This document shows, piece by piece, positions 26,033-34,089 of a stretch of 35,829 bases of DNA. The translations under genes and the position numbers were made by a program. How positions within the stretch are numbered: position 1 is the first letter of the stretch; every line of letters begins with the position of its first letter. Below the pieces are notes generated by a model, which worked only from the letters and a program-made list of their open reading frames with translations, did not search any database and was not told the origin of the DNA. The DNA is from a virus (lineage: Duplodnaviria > Caudoviricetes). The stretch spans positions 1-35,829 of IMG/VR virus record IMGVR_UViG_3300046025_000024; one strand, given 5' to 3'.

Positions 26033-26428
26033 ATGCACACCCCAAGCACGATCACCACGGACGTATCGAAATTCGAGGAGTACCGTCGCTCCAGCGCCGT
26101 GGTACCACGACGAACGGCCGTAGAAACGGTATCGCTTTCAACGCGGAACCAGCATGGTACCACGCTCGGCGCTGTTGAAGAAGAAAGCGGTAAAACGAGT
26201 AGCCCCCTTGAACCGACCACGGTCGGCAGAGACGAAACCGCCGGACGTAGTGGTAGGACCACCCTCCCAGACGACCTGCCAGTTCGCGTAGGTGCTTTCA
26301 ACACTACTACTTACTGGAACCAAAACGATACCACAACCACCACACAGATGATAAGACGGCCCAGCCCTGGTACCACATGGCTGGTACCACGCGCCGTCGA
26401 CGCTGAAACCGGAGGTGGTGCGGCTTGA
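26033..26428 (+). CDS. Thr-rich leader ORF overlapping the iteron region (frame also open from 25733)
   Basis: Ends in GGAGGTG SD and TTGA overlap with next gene; low-complexity sequence. Confidence 0.45.
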   Translation: MHTPSTITTDVSKFEEYRRSSAVVPRRTAVETVSLSTRNQHGTTLGAVEEESGKTSSPLEPTTVGRDETAGRSGRTTLPDDLPVRVGAFNTTTYWNQNDTTTTTQMIRRPSPGTTWLVPRAVDAETGGGAA

Positions 26429-26953
26429 CCGAGCGCGTCCAGCTGGGCTGGCGTGTTCCTGCCGACGTCTGGGACCGGTTCGAGGACTTCGTCTACGAGA
26501 AACACGGCGCTACGGGCCCGTACCTCCGGTTCGAGCTCGAGTGCGCGATGCGTGAGTACCTCGATGATGACGGCGTCCTGGCGGAGGCAGAGAAGCTCCT
26601 CAAGGAGTCCACGGACCTTCGTGGGCTTTCTTCTTCAAAGCCAGTAGTTGGTACCGACCGGTACCACGGTGCTGATACGAGGAAGCTCTCCCACCGAATC
26701 AACGCTGAACTCAAAGAGCGGTTCCAGATCTTCGCCGACAAGCACGACGCGAGTTCCTACGGCCGCCTGCTGGCGGCTACACTGGATGCTTACACTGATG
26801 GCGGGCGAGCGCGCCGGATCCTCGAGGACGTCGAACGGCTCGTCACAGGCGGTACCAGTGGTGGTACCACAGGCGAGTCTGTTGAAAACGACGGAGATTC
26901 GGATGAGACGGGGCTTTCAACGGCCGAGGAGAGTGGTACCAGTGACGGTACCA
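26100..26953. repeat. Iteron-like GGTACC repeat cluster, candidate replication origin
   Basis: GGTACC at 26101, 26156, 26369, 26383, 26650, 26660, 26851, 26863, 26935, 26947, several with TTCAAC/GTTGAA at fixed 11-12 nt spacing. Confidence 0.7.
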
Positions 26954-27585
26954 CCGCCGAGATCCGGGTAGAACCGAGCGAGGTCGTGGAGATCGCGGAC
27001 ACTATCGTCGAGGACCCCACCAACACGATGATCCCGAAGCAGCTCCTCGACGAGAAGATCGTCTCCATCGCAGGTGTATCAACTGCAGATGCGATCGACG
27101 CCTATCGCGAGGCCGTCCTGAACCACCTGAACGCCGACGATCATCCGCACAACGACCGCGTCTACACTACCGAGGCGTACCGCGAGGAACACACACTCTG
27201 GGCCGACCTCAATCGCGACGAGCGTCTCGTCCTCCTACGGCGCTACGCTGCGGCCGACGCCGTCGAGCACCGCGACCGCACCCGCTGCTTCGATTACAAG
27301 GACGTCCAGGACCTCTTCGAGCACAATGCCGGCGGTGGGGGACCGTCTCACGAGTACGCGTACCAGTTGATGGAGGACGCGGCCGACGAACCCGGATTCA
27401 AATACGACAAATTCCACGGCCAGTTGCAGCTCCGAGTAGACCTCAGCGATGTCAACTGGTCGATCAAGAAATACGCATTTGAACAGAACCCGGATGCCGC
27501 GACCGAGGAGATCCGGCGCAACTTGGACATCACGACCTACACGGCCGGTTCGCCGCCGCAACAGGAAGGGATGGCCGATGACTAA
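26425..27585 (+). CDS. Putative replication initiator / DNA-binding protein with two RHH-like repeats
   Basis: VQLGWRVPADVWDRF and RKLSHRINAELKERF; iterons inside the gene; TTG start with SD; the initiator role is inferred. Confidence 0.55.
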   Translation: MTERVQLGWRVPADVWDRFEDFVYEKHGATGPYLRFELECAMREYLDDDGVLAEAEKLLKESTDLRGLSSSKPVVGTDRYHGADTRKLSHRINAELKERFQIFADKHDASSYGRLLAATLDAYTDGGRARRILEDVERLVTGGTSGGTTGESVENDGDSDETGLSTAEESGTSDGTTAEIRVEPSEVVEIADTIVEDPTNTMIPKQLLDEKIVSIAGVSTADAIDAYREAVLNHLNADDHPHNDRVYTTEAYREEHTLWADLNRDERLVLLRRYAAADAVEHRDRTRCFDYKDVQDLFEHNAGGGGPSHEYAYQLMEDAADEPGFKYDKFHGQLQLRVDLSDVNWSIKKYAFEQNPDAATEEIRRNLDITTYTAGSPPQQEGMADD

Positions 27586-27736
27586 GATCCCGTGCTCGGA
27601 GGAGGAGATCGAGGCGGCCGTCCTCGAACTGGACGAGAAACTGGCAGTCGAATCCGATGAGATCGAGGAAACGTACGCGGCGAACTTCCAAAGCGTGACG
27701 GCAGACGACGACAGCGTGTTCGTCTATCAGGGGTGA
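27578..27736 (+). CDS. Small acidic hypothetical protein (52 aa)
   Basis: MTKIPCSEEE..., overlaps upstream stop. Confidence 0.7.
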   Translation: MTKIPCSEEEIEAAVLELDEKLAVESDEIEETYAANFQSVTADDDSVFVYQG

Positions 27737-27769
27737 GACGCCGTGCGAGCCGGCGAGTGCTTTCCGCTG

Positions 27770-27819
27770 ACCTTACCAAACACTCGGCCTCTTCCTCTCC
27801 GCCAGATGTTTGGTAAGGT
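27770..27819. repeat. Inverted-repeat site 3
   Basis: ACCTTACCAAACA...TGTTTGGTAAGGT; right flank CAGATGTTTGGTAAGGTC identical to site 2. Confidence 0.9.
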
Positions 27820-27826
27820 CTGGGCG

Positions 27827-28057
27827 CTACTCGCGGAACCAGACGACGCCGCCCAGCTCGTCGAACTTTTTGCTCGCGATAGCGCCCTCGTCCTCGAGGT
27901 CGCGGAGTAGTTCGTACGCGCGCGAACGCGAGATGTCGAGACGCGAGGCGACCTCCCGCGTACTACGCGGCTCGTGGCTGGAGAAGAGGTCGTCGACGAC
28001 GTCGTCCGGGTCGACCGTCGGCTCGAACCGACCGGTGTCTTCGTTCCGTTTCGGCAT
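27827..28057 (-). CDS. Small winged-helix regulator
   Basis: STREVASRLDISRSRAYELLRDLEDEG HTH, KK..GGVVW wing. Confidence 0.85.
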   Translation of the reverse strand: MPKRNEDTGRFEPTVDPDDVVDDLFSSHEPRSTREVASRLDISRSRAYELLRDLEDEGAIASKKFDELGGVVWFRE

Positions 28058-28117
28058 TGCCGTATCAGGCGGGATGGACGGACTTCAACCCATCGACGAT
28101 TGGCGTCGAGGGTAAAA

Positions 28118-28144
28118 TACTTAATACTGGCCTTTGTTCAACAA
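28118..28144 (+). promoter_or_regulatory. Early promoter with palindromic operator candidate
   Basis: TACTTAATA box followed by TTGTT-C-AACAA at 28134-28144. Confidence 0.55.
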
Positions 28145-28164
28145 GTTAGAGCAGGCGACCAACA

Positions 28165-28300
28165 CTGGATCTCTCTCGCGACGCGCGGACTCCCGGCTCC
28201 CACCTCGTAAAACATCGGGAGAACGCGCGAATCAAGGGTACCGGACCTCGCGAGAGGTCCAGTGCTCCAGGGCAACCTGCTCCCACGCAAGGAGGCCTAG
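28165..28300 (+). ncRNA. Structured leader element copy B
   Basis: Closing stem CTGGATCTCT/GGAGGCCTAG, inner stems with GCGA and GCAA tetraloops, CCTGCTCCCACGCA 28276-28289, ATG at 28304. Confidence 0.65.
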
Positions 28301-28303
28301 AGC

Positions 28304-28774
28304 ATGCGAAAACACAACCGCAACATAGTAAAGTTTAACGAACAGGACACACCGACGTTTTTCGGCACCGGTGAGGCCGGAAACGCCGAAATCCGGTGTG
28401 GCGACTGCGGCGGCCGCGTCGTCGCCGACGGCGGCGTCAACTTCTACCGCGACCTGACGGCGTTCCAGCAGCAGATTCTCGTCGTCCTCCGTCGGATCGA
28501 GCGCGGGAAGACCGGCGAAGGCACCGCGTACGGGCTCGCCATCAAGCGCGAGCTCGAAGCGCTCCGCGGCGAGGAGGTCAACCACGGCCGGCTGTACCCC
28601 AACCTCGACCAGCTGGTCGAGCAAGACCTCGTCGAGAAGGCGATCCTCGACCGGCGCACGAACGAGTACTCGACCACCGAGGTCACTCGAAAGCTCATCG
28701 ACGAGCACGCGCGCTGGGTCACCGACTCGGTCGGCGAACGGCTCGCGGTCACCGACGGAGGTGAAGACGCTTGA
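28304..28774 (+). CDS. PadR-family winged-helix regulator
   Basis: DLTAFQ...YGLAIKREL...EVNHGRLYPNLD...DRRTNEY. Confidence 0.88.
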   Translation: MRKHNRNIVKFNEQDTPTFFGTGEAGNAEIRCGDCGGRVVADGGVNFYRDLTAFQQQILVVLRRIERGKTGEGTAYGLAIKRELEALRGEEVNHGRLYPNLDQLVEQDLVEKAILDRRTNEYSTTEVTRKLIDEHARWVTDSVGERLAVTDGGEDA

Positions 28775-28896
28775 GCTCCGCGTCCTCCGGGACGGTCTGC
28801 GACACCTGCGGCGAGGAGAGCGAGAAGTGCTACCGCTGCACGAACGACGACTGCGCGCGCGGCGACCTCGTCGAGAAGGGAGGCCACGAACGATGA
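28771..28896 (+). CDS. Zinc-finger microprotein (41 aa)
   Basis: TTG start overlapping the PadR stop, GGAGGTG SD; CDTCG...CYRCTNDDC. Confidence 0.65.
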   Translation: MSSASSGTVCDTCGEESEKCYRCTNDDCARGDLVEKGGHER

Positions 28897-29300
28897 TGCC
28901 CGAGGACGCAGACACCCTCGCGGCGATCGTCTCGGCCGTCGACGGCGCTGGCGGACGGATCCGCGGCACCGAGATCGACCACAAGGCGAAGGGCGGGCTC
29001 GGGAACGCGATCGCGATGAGTCTGGGCGGTCAGCCCACGAAGATTCCCGTGTTCACGCTGGAGATCGTCGCCGACCCCGCGGTCGTCCTCGACGGGGAGC
29101 CCGAGGAGACCGCGGCCGACATGGACGGTGACGAGAAGCCCCCGCTCGCGCGTGCCCGCACCCGCATCGAGAACCTCGAAGGTGAAGGCATCGACGAGTT
29201 TACGAAACGGCAGGCGCTTCAGGTCATCGAAGACGTCAGCGTCGAGCAAGTCGAGATCACGTTCGAGGAAGCGCCCGCGGAGGGAGGCGAGCAGCGATGA
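28893..29300 (+). CDS. Hypothetical protein
   Basis: MMPEDADTL..., GGAGG SD, ATGA overlap. Confidence 0.8.
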   Translation: MMPEDADTLAAIVSAVDGAGGRIRGTEIDHKAKGGLGNAIAMSLGGQPTKIPVFTLEIVADPAVVLDGEPEETAADMDGDEKPPLARARTRIENLEGEGIDEFTKRQALQVIEDVSVEQVEITFEEAPAEGGEQR

Positions 29301-29824
29301 CGCACGCCGACATCCGCGTCGGGGACGCCGTCTACGACCTCGCGGGCGGCGGCGCGAAGATGGTCGTCGTCGAGCGTGTCGCGGACTCCGTCGAGGAGCA
29401 CCGCGAGCGCGAGGACTTCGACCTCGCGACGTACAAGAGCCACCCGAACCTGCCGGTCCGAGAGGACGACCCGGTCTTCAAGTGCGTGTTCATCCCCGAC
29501 AGCCCCGGCTCCGAACCCGGCGGCGGGACCTACGACTTCCCCGCCGGTCGGCTAGCGCGCGCCCCGATCGAGGCGGCGAACGCCGAGGTCGAGCGCGTCC
29601 AAGACGTCATCGTTCGCGACGTCCTCGAGGAGCTGCTCGTGATGGCGAGCGCCATCGACTCGACCGGGACCGTCGACGACAGCCACGTCGACGTCGTCCT
29701 GGACATCGCCGGCGAGGCTTTCGACGAGCGCCTCGTCCGCGACGCCGAGGAGCTCGCGGAGACCCGGCCGGACTGGCAGAGCCGGCGCTCGGAGATCGCC
29801 GCTGACGGTGGCACGCCCGAGTGA
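29297..29824 (+). CDS. Hypothetical viral protein
   Basis: 175 aa acidic, coupled at both ends. Confidence 0.85.
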   Translation: MTHADIRVGDAVYDLAGGGAKMVVVERVADSVEEHREREDFDLATYKSHPNLPVREDDPVFKCVFIPDSPGSEPGGGTYDFPAGRLARAPIEAANAEVERVQDVIVRDVLEELLVMASAIDSTGTVDDSHVDVVLDIAGEAFDERLVRDAEELAETRPDWQSRRSEIAADGGTPE

Positions 29825-29934
29825 CGATGGCCGCCGCCGAGATCTCCTACCGCGCGCGGCTCGTCGCCTGCGCCAGCTGCGGCGACATCTGCGCGACCGA
29901 GAACGAGGAGCAGTGCCCCGACTGCCAGTCATGA
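29821..29934 (+). CDS. Zinc-finger microprotein (37 aa)
   Basis: CASCG...CPDC; GTGA and ATGA overlaps. Confidence 0.7.
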   Translation: MTMAAAEISYRARLVACASCGDICATENEEQCPDCQS

Positions 29935-30089
29935 CGACGGTCGAGATCTGGCCGAACGGCGAGCACTTCGGCCTCACCCGCGAGCAGTGGGAGGAGCTGA
30001 CCGAGTCCGTCGACGGACCGGTCCACCACCTCGACGACGAGCTCGCGGAGCGCATCCGCGACTTCATCGACGATGGGAGTACCGACTAA
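29931..30089 (+). CDS. Small hypothetical protein (52 aa)
   Basis: [10 protein letters not shown]..., acidic, coupled. Confidence 0.7.
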   Translation: MTTVEIWPNGEHFGLTREQWEELTESVDGPVHHLDDELAERIRDFIDDGSTD

Positions 30090-30114
30090 AAACCAACCTT
30101 ACAACACCGTAAAA

Positions 30115-30855
30115 ATGTTCAACGCAATCGTTTCGCAATCCGAACTCGAATCGTTCATTAACAACATCTCGGTCCTGGTCGACGAGTGCAAGATCCACCT
30201 CACCAAGGAGGGCTTGGAGACTCGCGCCGTTGATCCCGCGAACGTCGGAATGGTCGACGCCGACCTCGGCGCAGGGGCGTTTGAGTCCTACGAGGCCGAC
30301 GAGGGCGTCCTCGGCATCAACCTCTCGAAGTTCGAGGACGTCATCGGCTTCGCCGACTCCGGCGACCTGATCCACCTCACGCTCGACGAGGAGACCCGAA
30401 AACTCCTCATCGAGATCGACGGCCTGGAGTACACGCTCGCGCTGCTCGACCCCGACTCGATCCGCGGCGAGCCCGACCTGCCGGACCTCGACCTGCCCGC
30501 GGAGATCGTCCTCGAAGGCCGTCGGCTCGACCGCGGCATCAAGGCCTCCGACATGGTCTCCGACCACCTCACGCTCGCCGTCGACGAAGACGAGGAGGAG
30601 TTCCTCGTCGAGGCGCAGGGCGACACCGACGACGTCCGCGTCGCGCACGGTCGCGACGACATCATCGACCTCGTCGCGGCGCCCGCGCGGTCGCTGTACA
30701 GTCTCGACTACATGAAAGATTTGAACAAGGCGATCGACGCCGGCGACGAGGTCACCATCGAGCTCGGCCAGGAGTTCCCGGTGAGCCTCCACTTCGACAT
30801 CGCCGACGGCAACGGCAGCTGCCGGTTCATGCTCGCCCCGCGGATCCAGAGCTGA
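30115..30855 (+). CDS. pcn: DNA polymerase sliding clamp (PCNA)
   Basis: [44 protein letters not shown]. Confidence 0.95.
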   Translation: MFNAIVSQSELESFINNISVLVDECKIHLTKEGLETRAVDPANVGMVDADLGAGAFESYEADEGVLGINLSKFEDVIGFADSGDLIHLTLDEETRKLLIEIDGLEYTLALLDPDSIRGEPDLPDLDLPAEIVLEGRRLDRGIKASDMVSDHLTLAVDEDEEEFLVEAQGDTDDVRVAHGRDDIIDLVAAPARSLYSLDYMKDLNKAIDAGDEVTIELGQEFPVSLHFDIADGNGSCRFMLAPRIQS

Positions 30856-30860
30856 TCACA

Positions 30861-31292
30861 ATGACTGAAAAAACCATCACCGGCTGGATCGTCGTCGACT
30901 GGCGGAAGGGCAAGCACCGGACACGGCAGTCGAAGCCGAAGGCCTCGGAGCTTGGGAGTAACGAGCTGCTCTCGAAGCTCTCGATCGACGTTCACGTCCC
31001 GGAGGTCGAGGTTCCAGAGCTGGCCGTCGAAATTGACGTTCCCGAGCCTCACGTCCGCGCGGCGACGCTGGAGGCCCTAGACGAGGAGCAGCTACCGGGC
31101 TGGACGGACATCGCGAACGAGTTGATCCCGTCGACGATTCCAGACGATCCGGAAGAGTTCCAGAACGAGGTCAACCGGATCACCGTGCAAACGCTCACGG
31201 AGGCGTCTACCCGCCCCGATCCGGACGCGGTTCGCGAGTACGTCGATGAGACGATGCGGTCGGTCGCTGCGGGACAGGAGGGTGACGAGTAA
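30861..31292 (+). CDS. Hypothetical protein
   Basis: 143 aa, typical composition. Confidence 0.8.
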   Translation: MTEKTITGWIVVDWRKGKHRTRQSKPKASELGSNELLSKLSIDVHVPEVEVPELAVEIDVPEPHVRAATLEALDEEQLPGWTDIANELIPSTIPDDPEEFQNEVNRITVQTLTEASTRPDPDAVREYVDETMRSVAAGQEGDE

Positions 31293-31366
31293 GATGGTGA
31301 CGAAGGCCCAGCACCGCTACCACATCCTGCAGGCGATCGACGAGCCGCGCGATGGAGGTGCTGTCG

Positions 31367-31594
31367 ATGGCGAGTGACGACCCCGACGAGGTCCACCACG
31401 CGAAGCAGCTGGTCGCCGTCGCAGCGACGAAGGATCGGAACCCGTTCGACGTTCTGGTCGCCGCGATGCACGAGCACCGCGGTAACTACACCGAGGTCCA
31501 CGAAGCGCTCGACGAGACGTACGACACCGTCGACGAACTCGCGCTGAACGAGTCGAAGCGGCTGACGCCCGAGGGGACGGTGGTTCTCGAATGA
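31367..31594 (+). CDS. Hypothetical protein
   Basis: GGAGGTG SD before ATG 31367. Confidence 0.75.
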   Translation: MASDDPDEVHHAKQLVAVAATKDRNPFDVLVAAMHEHRGNYTEVHEALDETYDTVDELALNESKRLTPEGTVVLE

Positions 31595-32520
31595 TCCTCG
31601 AGATCGTCACCCGCGAACACGAGGAGGGGAACACCGTCCGGAACAAAGACGAGGTCGAGCGCACCCACGACGTCCGCTCGATCACCCTGCGCCCCGGCCC
31701 CGACGGCAACTACCGGCTCGGCGTCGACACCCCAAGCTCCTCCCGCGGAACGTCCATCGACCCGGAGTTCGAGTACATCGAAATCTTCGACGAGGACGCG
31801 CACAACGCTCGCGGGAGCGCGGTCTGCGGGGCTGACGAGACGTGGGTGAAGACGGTGGTCTCGGAGGAGAAGTACGCGGTCCTCCACGGCCTCGCCCACT
31901 ACGGCTCGGACATGAGCCTCTCGACCGTCGGCGACGTGATCCGGCGCGCGCTCGAGGAGTTCATCGCGCGCCAGGACTTCGACGAGTGCCCGAAGTGCGA
32001 GGCCTCGATCACGCAGGTCTGGGTCGACGACCGCGAGCAGCGGGACCGCCCGGTCGCGGTCGCCGAGCCCTGCAAGTGCGAGCACCCGCCGAACTTCGCG
32101 CCCGACCCGATCGGCTACGACAACATCGACGCGCTGAAGAACGAGTTCGGCATCGACGCGCCGCTCGCAGTCGAGATGTGGCGCGCGGGGATCCGTCCGA
32201 CGGTCGGTGGCCGCAGCGGTCTCCGGACACTTTCCCGGATCGCCGAGCACGACGACCTGGTCGCGGCAGCGCTGCGCGAGGCGGCCACCCAGTACCAGTC
32301 GAGTGTCGACGACGAGGACGTCGACATCGACGGCGATGACCTCGGCATGCTCCACACGCTCGCGAGCGACATCGAAGACCTCCCCGAGGACGGCACCAGC
32401 CGACCGACGGCCGAGGAACTCAAGCGCGCCGACGAGAGCGAGCTCGTTCGCGAGGTCCGGCGTCGCGGGTACGACGTCCCGGCCCGAGAGATCACGGCCG
32501 ACGGAGGTGGCGATGAGTAA
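31591..32520 (+). CDS. Multi-domain hypothetical protein with RHH-like segment and CPKC...CKC zinc motif
   Basis: VKTVVSEEKY...VGDVIRRALEEF then CPKCE. Confidence 0.75.
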   Translation: MILEIVTREHEEGNTVRNKDEVERTHDVRSITLRPGPDGNYRLGVDTPSSSRGTSIDPEFEYIEIFDEDAHNARGSAVCGADETWVKTVVSEEKYAVLHGLAHYGSDMSLSTVGDVIRRALEEFIARQDFDECPKCEASITQVWVDDREQRDRPVAVAEPCKCEHPPNFAPDPIGYDNIDALKNEFGIDAPLAVEMWRAGIRPTVGGRSGLRTLSRIAEHDDLVAAALREAATQYQSSVDDEDVDIDGDDLGMLHTLASDIEDLPEDGTSRPTAEELKRADESELVREVRRRGYDVPAREITADGGGDE

Positions 32521-32896
32521 CTTCGAGCGCTCCACCAGCGGCCAGGCGTCCCGTACCGAGCCGGAGCTGTCGCTCTACCGGAACGGCGACGCCCGGCTCA
32601 ACCAGCCAGCCGTCGAGCAGTACCTCGAGGGCGTCGACTCGATCGCGTTCTACACCGACGGCGAGACCGACCGCCTCGGCATCAACCGCGGCGACGAGGG
32701 CCCGCACTCAAAGACCGTCCAGGTTGGCGACCACGGCGGGTTCGCGTTCTACATCGGCGCTCTCCTTCGCGAGGAGTTCGACCTCCCCGTCAAGGAGATC
32801 TCCGAGTCAATGGCGCTCCCGGTCGAGCACGACCTCAAGGAGGGCCTGCTCGTCGTCGACCTCGACCCCTTCATGGAGGCGAACGATGCCGAGTAG
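32513..32896 (+). CDS. Hypothetical protein
   Basis: MSNFERSTSG..., GGAGGTG SD. Confidence 0.8.
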   Translation: MSNFERSTSGQASRTEPELSLYRNGDARLNQPAVEQYLEGVDSIAFYTDGETDRLGINRGDEGPHSKTVQVGDHGGFAFYIGALLREEFDLPVKEISESMALPVEHDLKEGLLVVDLDPFMEANDAE

Positions 32897-33362
32897 CGCC
32901 TCCCAGTACCTCGAGAAGACGGTGAAGTCGCGCCAGGAGTACTGGTACGAGGTCCACGAGGCCCGCGACGAGGACCACGAACTCCAACTAATCCCCGTCG
33001 ATCAGGTGCCGCCGCAGTACGTGTCCGCTGCCGAACTCGCCGACCGGATGGCTGACGGCTGGGAGCTCGTCTACGACGGGACGACCGGCGTCCTCGACGA
33101 GGCCGATGGGCACGATGATGGAGAGTCCGAGCCGAGGACCTCGGGAGATCCCGCTGGCGCTGATGCACGAACGAGCACAGATGGCGGCGTGGCAGTGGCC
33201 GACTCGGCTGACGAGTCCGAGTCGGGCCCGGTACGCGTCTCCTGCAGTACGTGCGGGACCTCTCGAAATGTCGAGGAGGACGAGGACCCCGAGGAAGTCG
33301 TTGAGGACCACTGCTCGCTCGGGTGCGACGACGCCCAGATCGAGGAGGTAGAGAAGGCGTGA
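32886..33362 (+). CDS. Hypothetical protein with C-terminal zinc motif
   Basis: MPSSASQY..., CSTCG...HCSLGC. Confidence 0.75.
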   Translation: MPSSASQYLEKTVKSRQEYWYEVHEARDEDHELQLIPVDQVPPQYVSAAELADRMADGWELVYDGTTGVLDEADGHDDGESEPRTSGDPAGADARTSTDGGVAVADSADESESGPVRVSCSTCGTSRNVEEDEDPEEVVEDHCSLGCDDAQIEEVEKA

Positions 33363-33514
33363 CCCTGAGTCCTCTGACGGAGATGGCACTCGCGTTGCCT
33401 CACCTCGTCGAAGACGAGGCAGACGAGGACGTCCTCGTCGAGCCCGAACAGCGCGACCTCGAGGGCAACCCGACCGGCCAGACGACGTTCGACGTGGAGG
33501 AGGACGATGTTTAG
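33359..33514 (+). CDS. Small acidic hypothetical protein
   Basis: GTGA overlap, GGAGGT SD. Confidence 0.6.
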   Translation: MTLSPLTEMALALPHLVEDEADEDVLVEPEQRDLEGNPTGQTTFDVEEDDV

Positions 33515-33809
33515 GCGGTTCATCGACGCCATCTACGACGGCCTGCTCGGCGTGGGCGACGACGACACGCTCGAGATGGAGAACTACGACGGCCCCGACC
33601 ACCCGGTGGGCGAGGGCCTGCAGCTGACCGACACGGGAACCGCTCGCGAGTTCCAGGACGCCATCGCTGACGAGGTGCAGGTGGCGCTGGTCCCGGGGGA
33701 GGATCCCCGGCTGGCCGAGCTGTCGCTGACCTTCGTCGACGAGAACGGTGTCAGCCGCGAGTGGACTGCAACGCACCACGACTATGACTCGAAGAACTAC
33801 GATGACTGA
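33507..33809 (+). CDS. Hypothetical protein
   Basis: 100 aa, GGAGG SD. Confidence 0.8.
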   Translation: MFRRFIDAIYDGLLGVGDDDTLEMENYDGPDHPVGEGLQLTDTGTAREFQDAIADEVQVALVPGEDPRLAELSLTFVDENGVSREWTATHHDYDSKNYDD

Positions 33810-34089
33810 CGCGGACAACGCTCCCGACTTGGAACCAGCGAACAGTACGGAGATCCGAGAGTTTCTCGAAACGACTCAGGGCAAGGCACTCATCGTCGAA
33901 CTCGACTACTGCACTGCACACTTCGTTGTCGAAGATGGCGAGCACAAAATCGCCGAACAGGAAACGGACGCCGACGACGCCTTACCGTTCGTCGTCAAGA
34001 GTCGTCTCCGCTGGGAGGGCATCCTCGAGAACTATCTCGGCCGAGACGACGGTCAGGCAACCTTTCAGGAGGTGGAAGATGTCGAGTGA
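33802..34089 (+). CDS. Hypothetical protein
   Basis: MTDADNAPDL..., overlaps both neighbours. Confidence 0.75.
   Translation: MTDADNAPDLEPANSTEIREFLETTQGKALIVELDYCTAHFVVEDGEHKIAEQETDADDALPFVVKSRLRWEGILENYLGRDDGQATFQEVEDVE

Noticed and set aside
26100-26953. CRISPR or TIGR-like array
   Set aside because: Repeat cores are only 6-9 bp with irregular spacing, partly inside a CDS, and no cas or Nop-domain gene is recognisable
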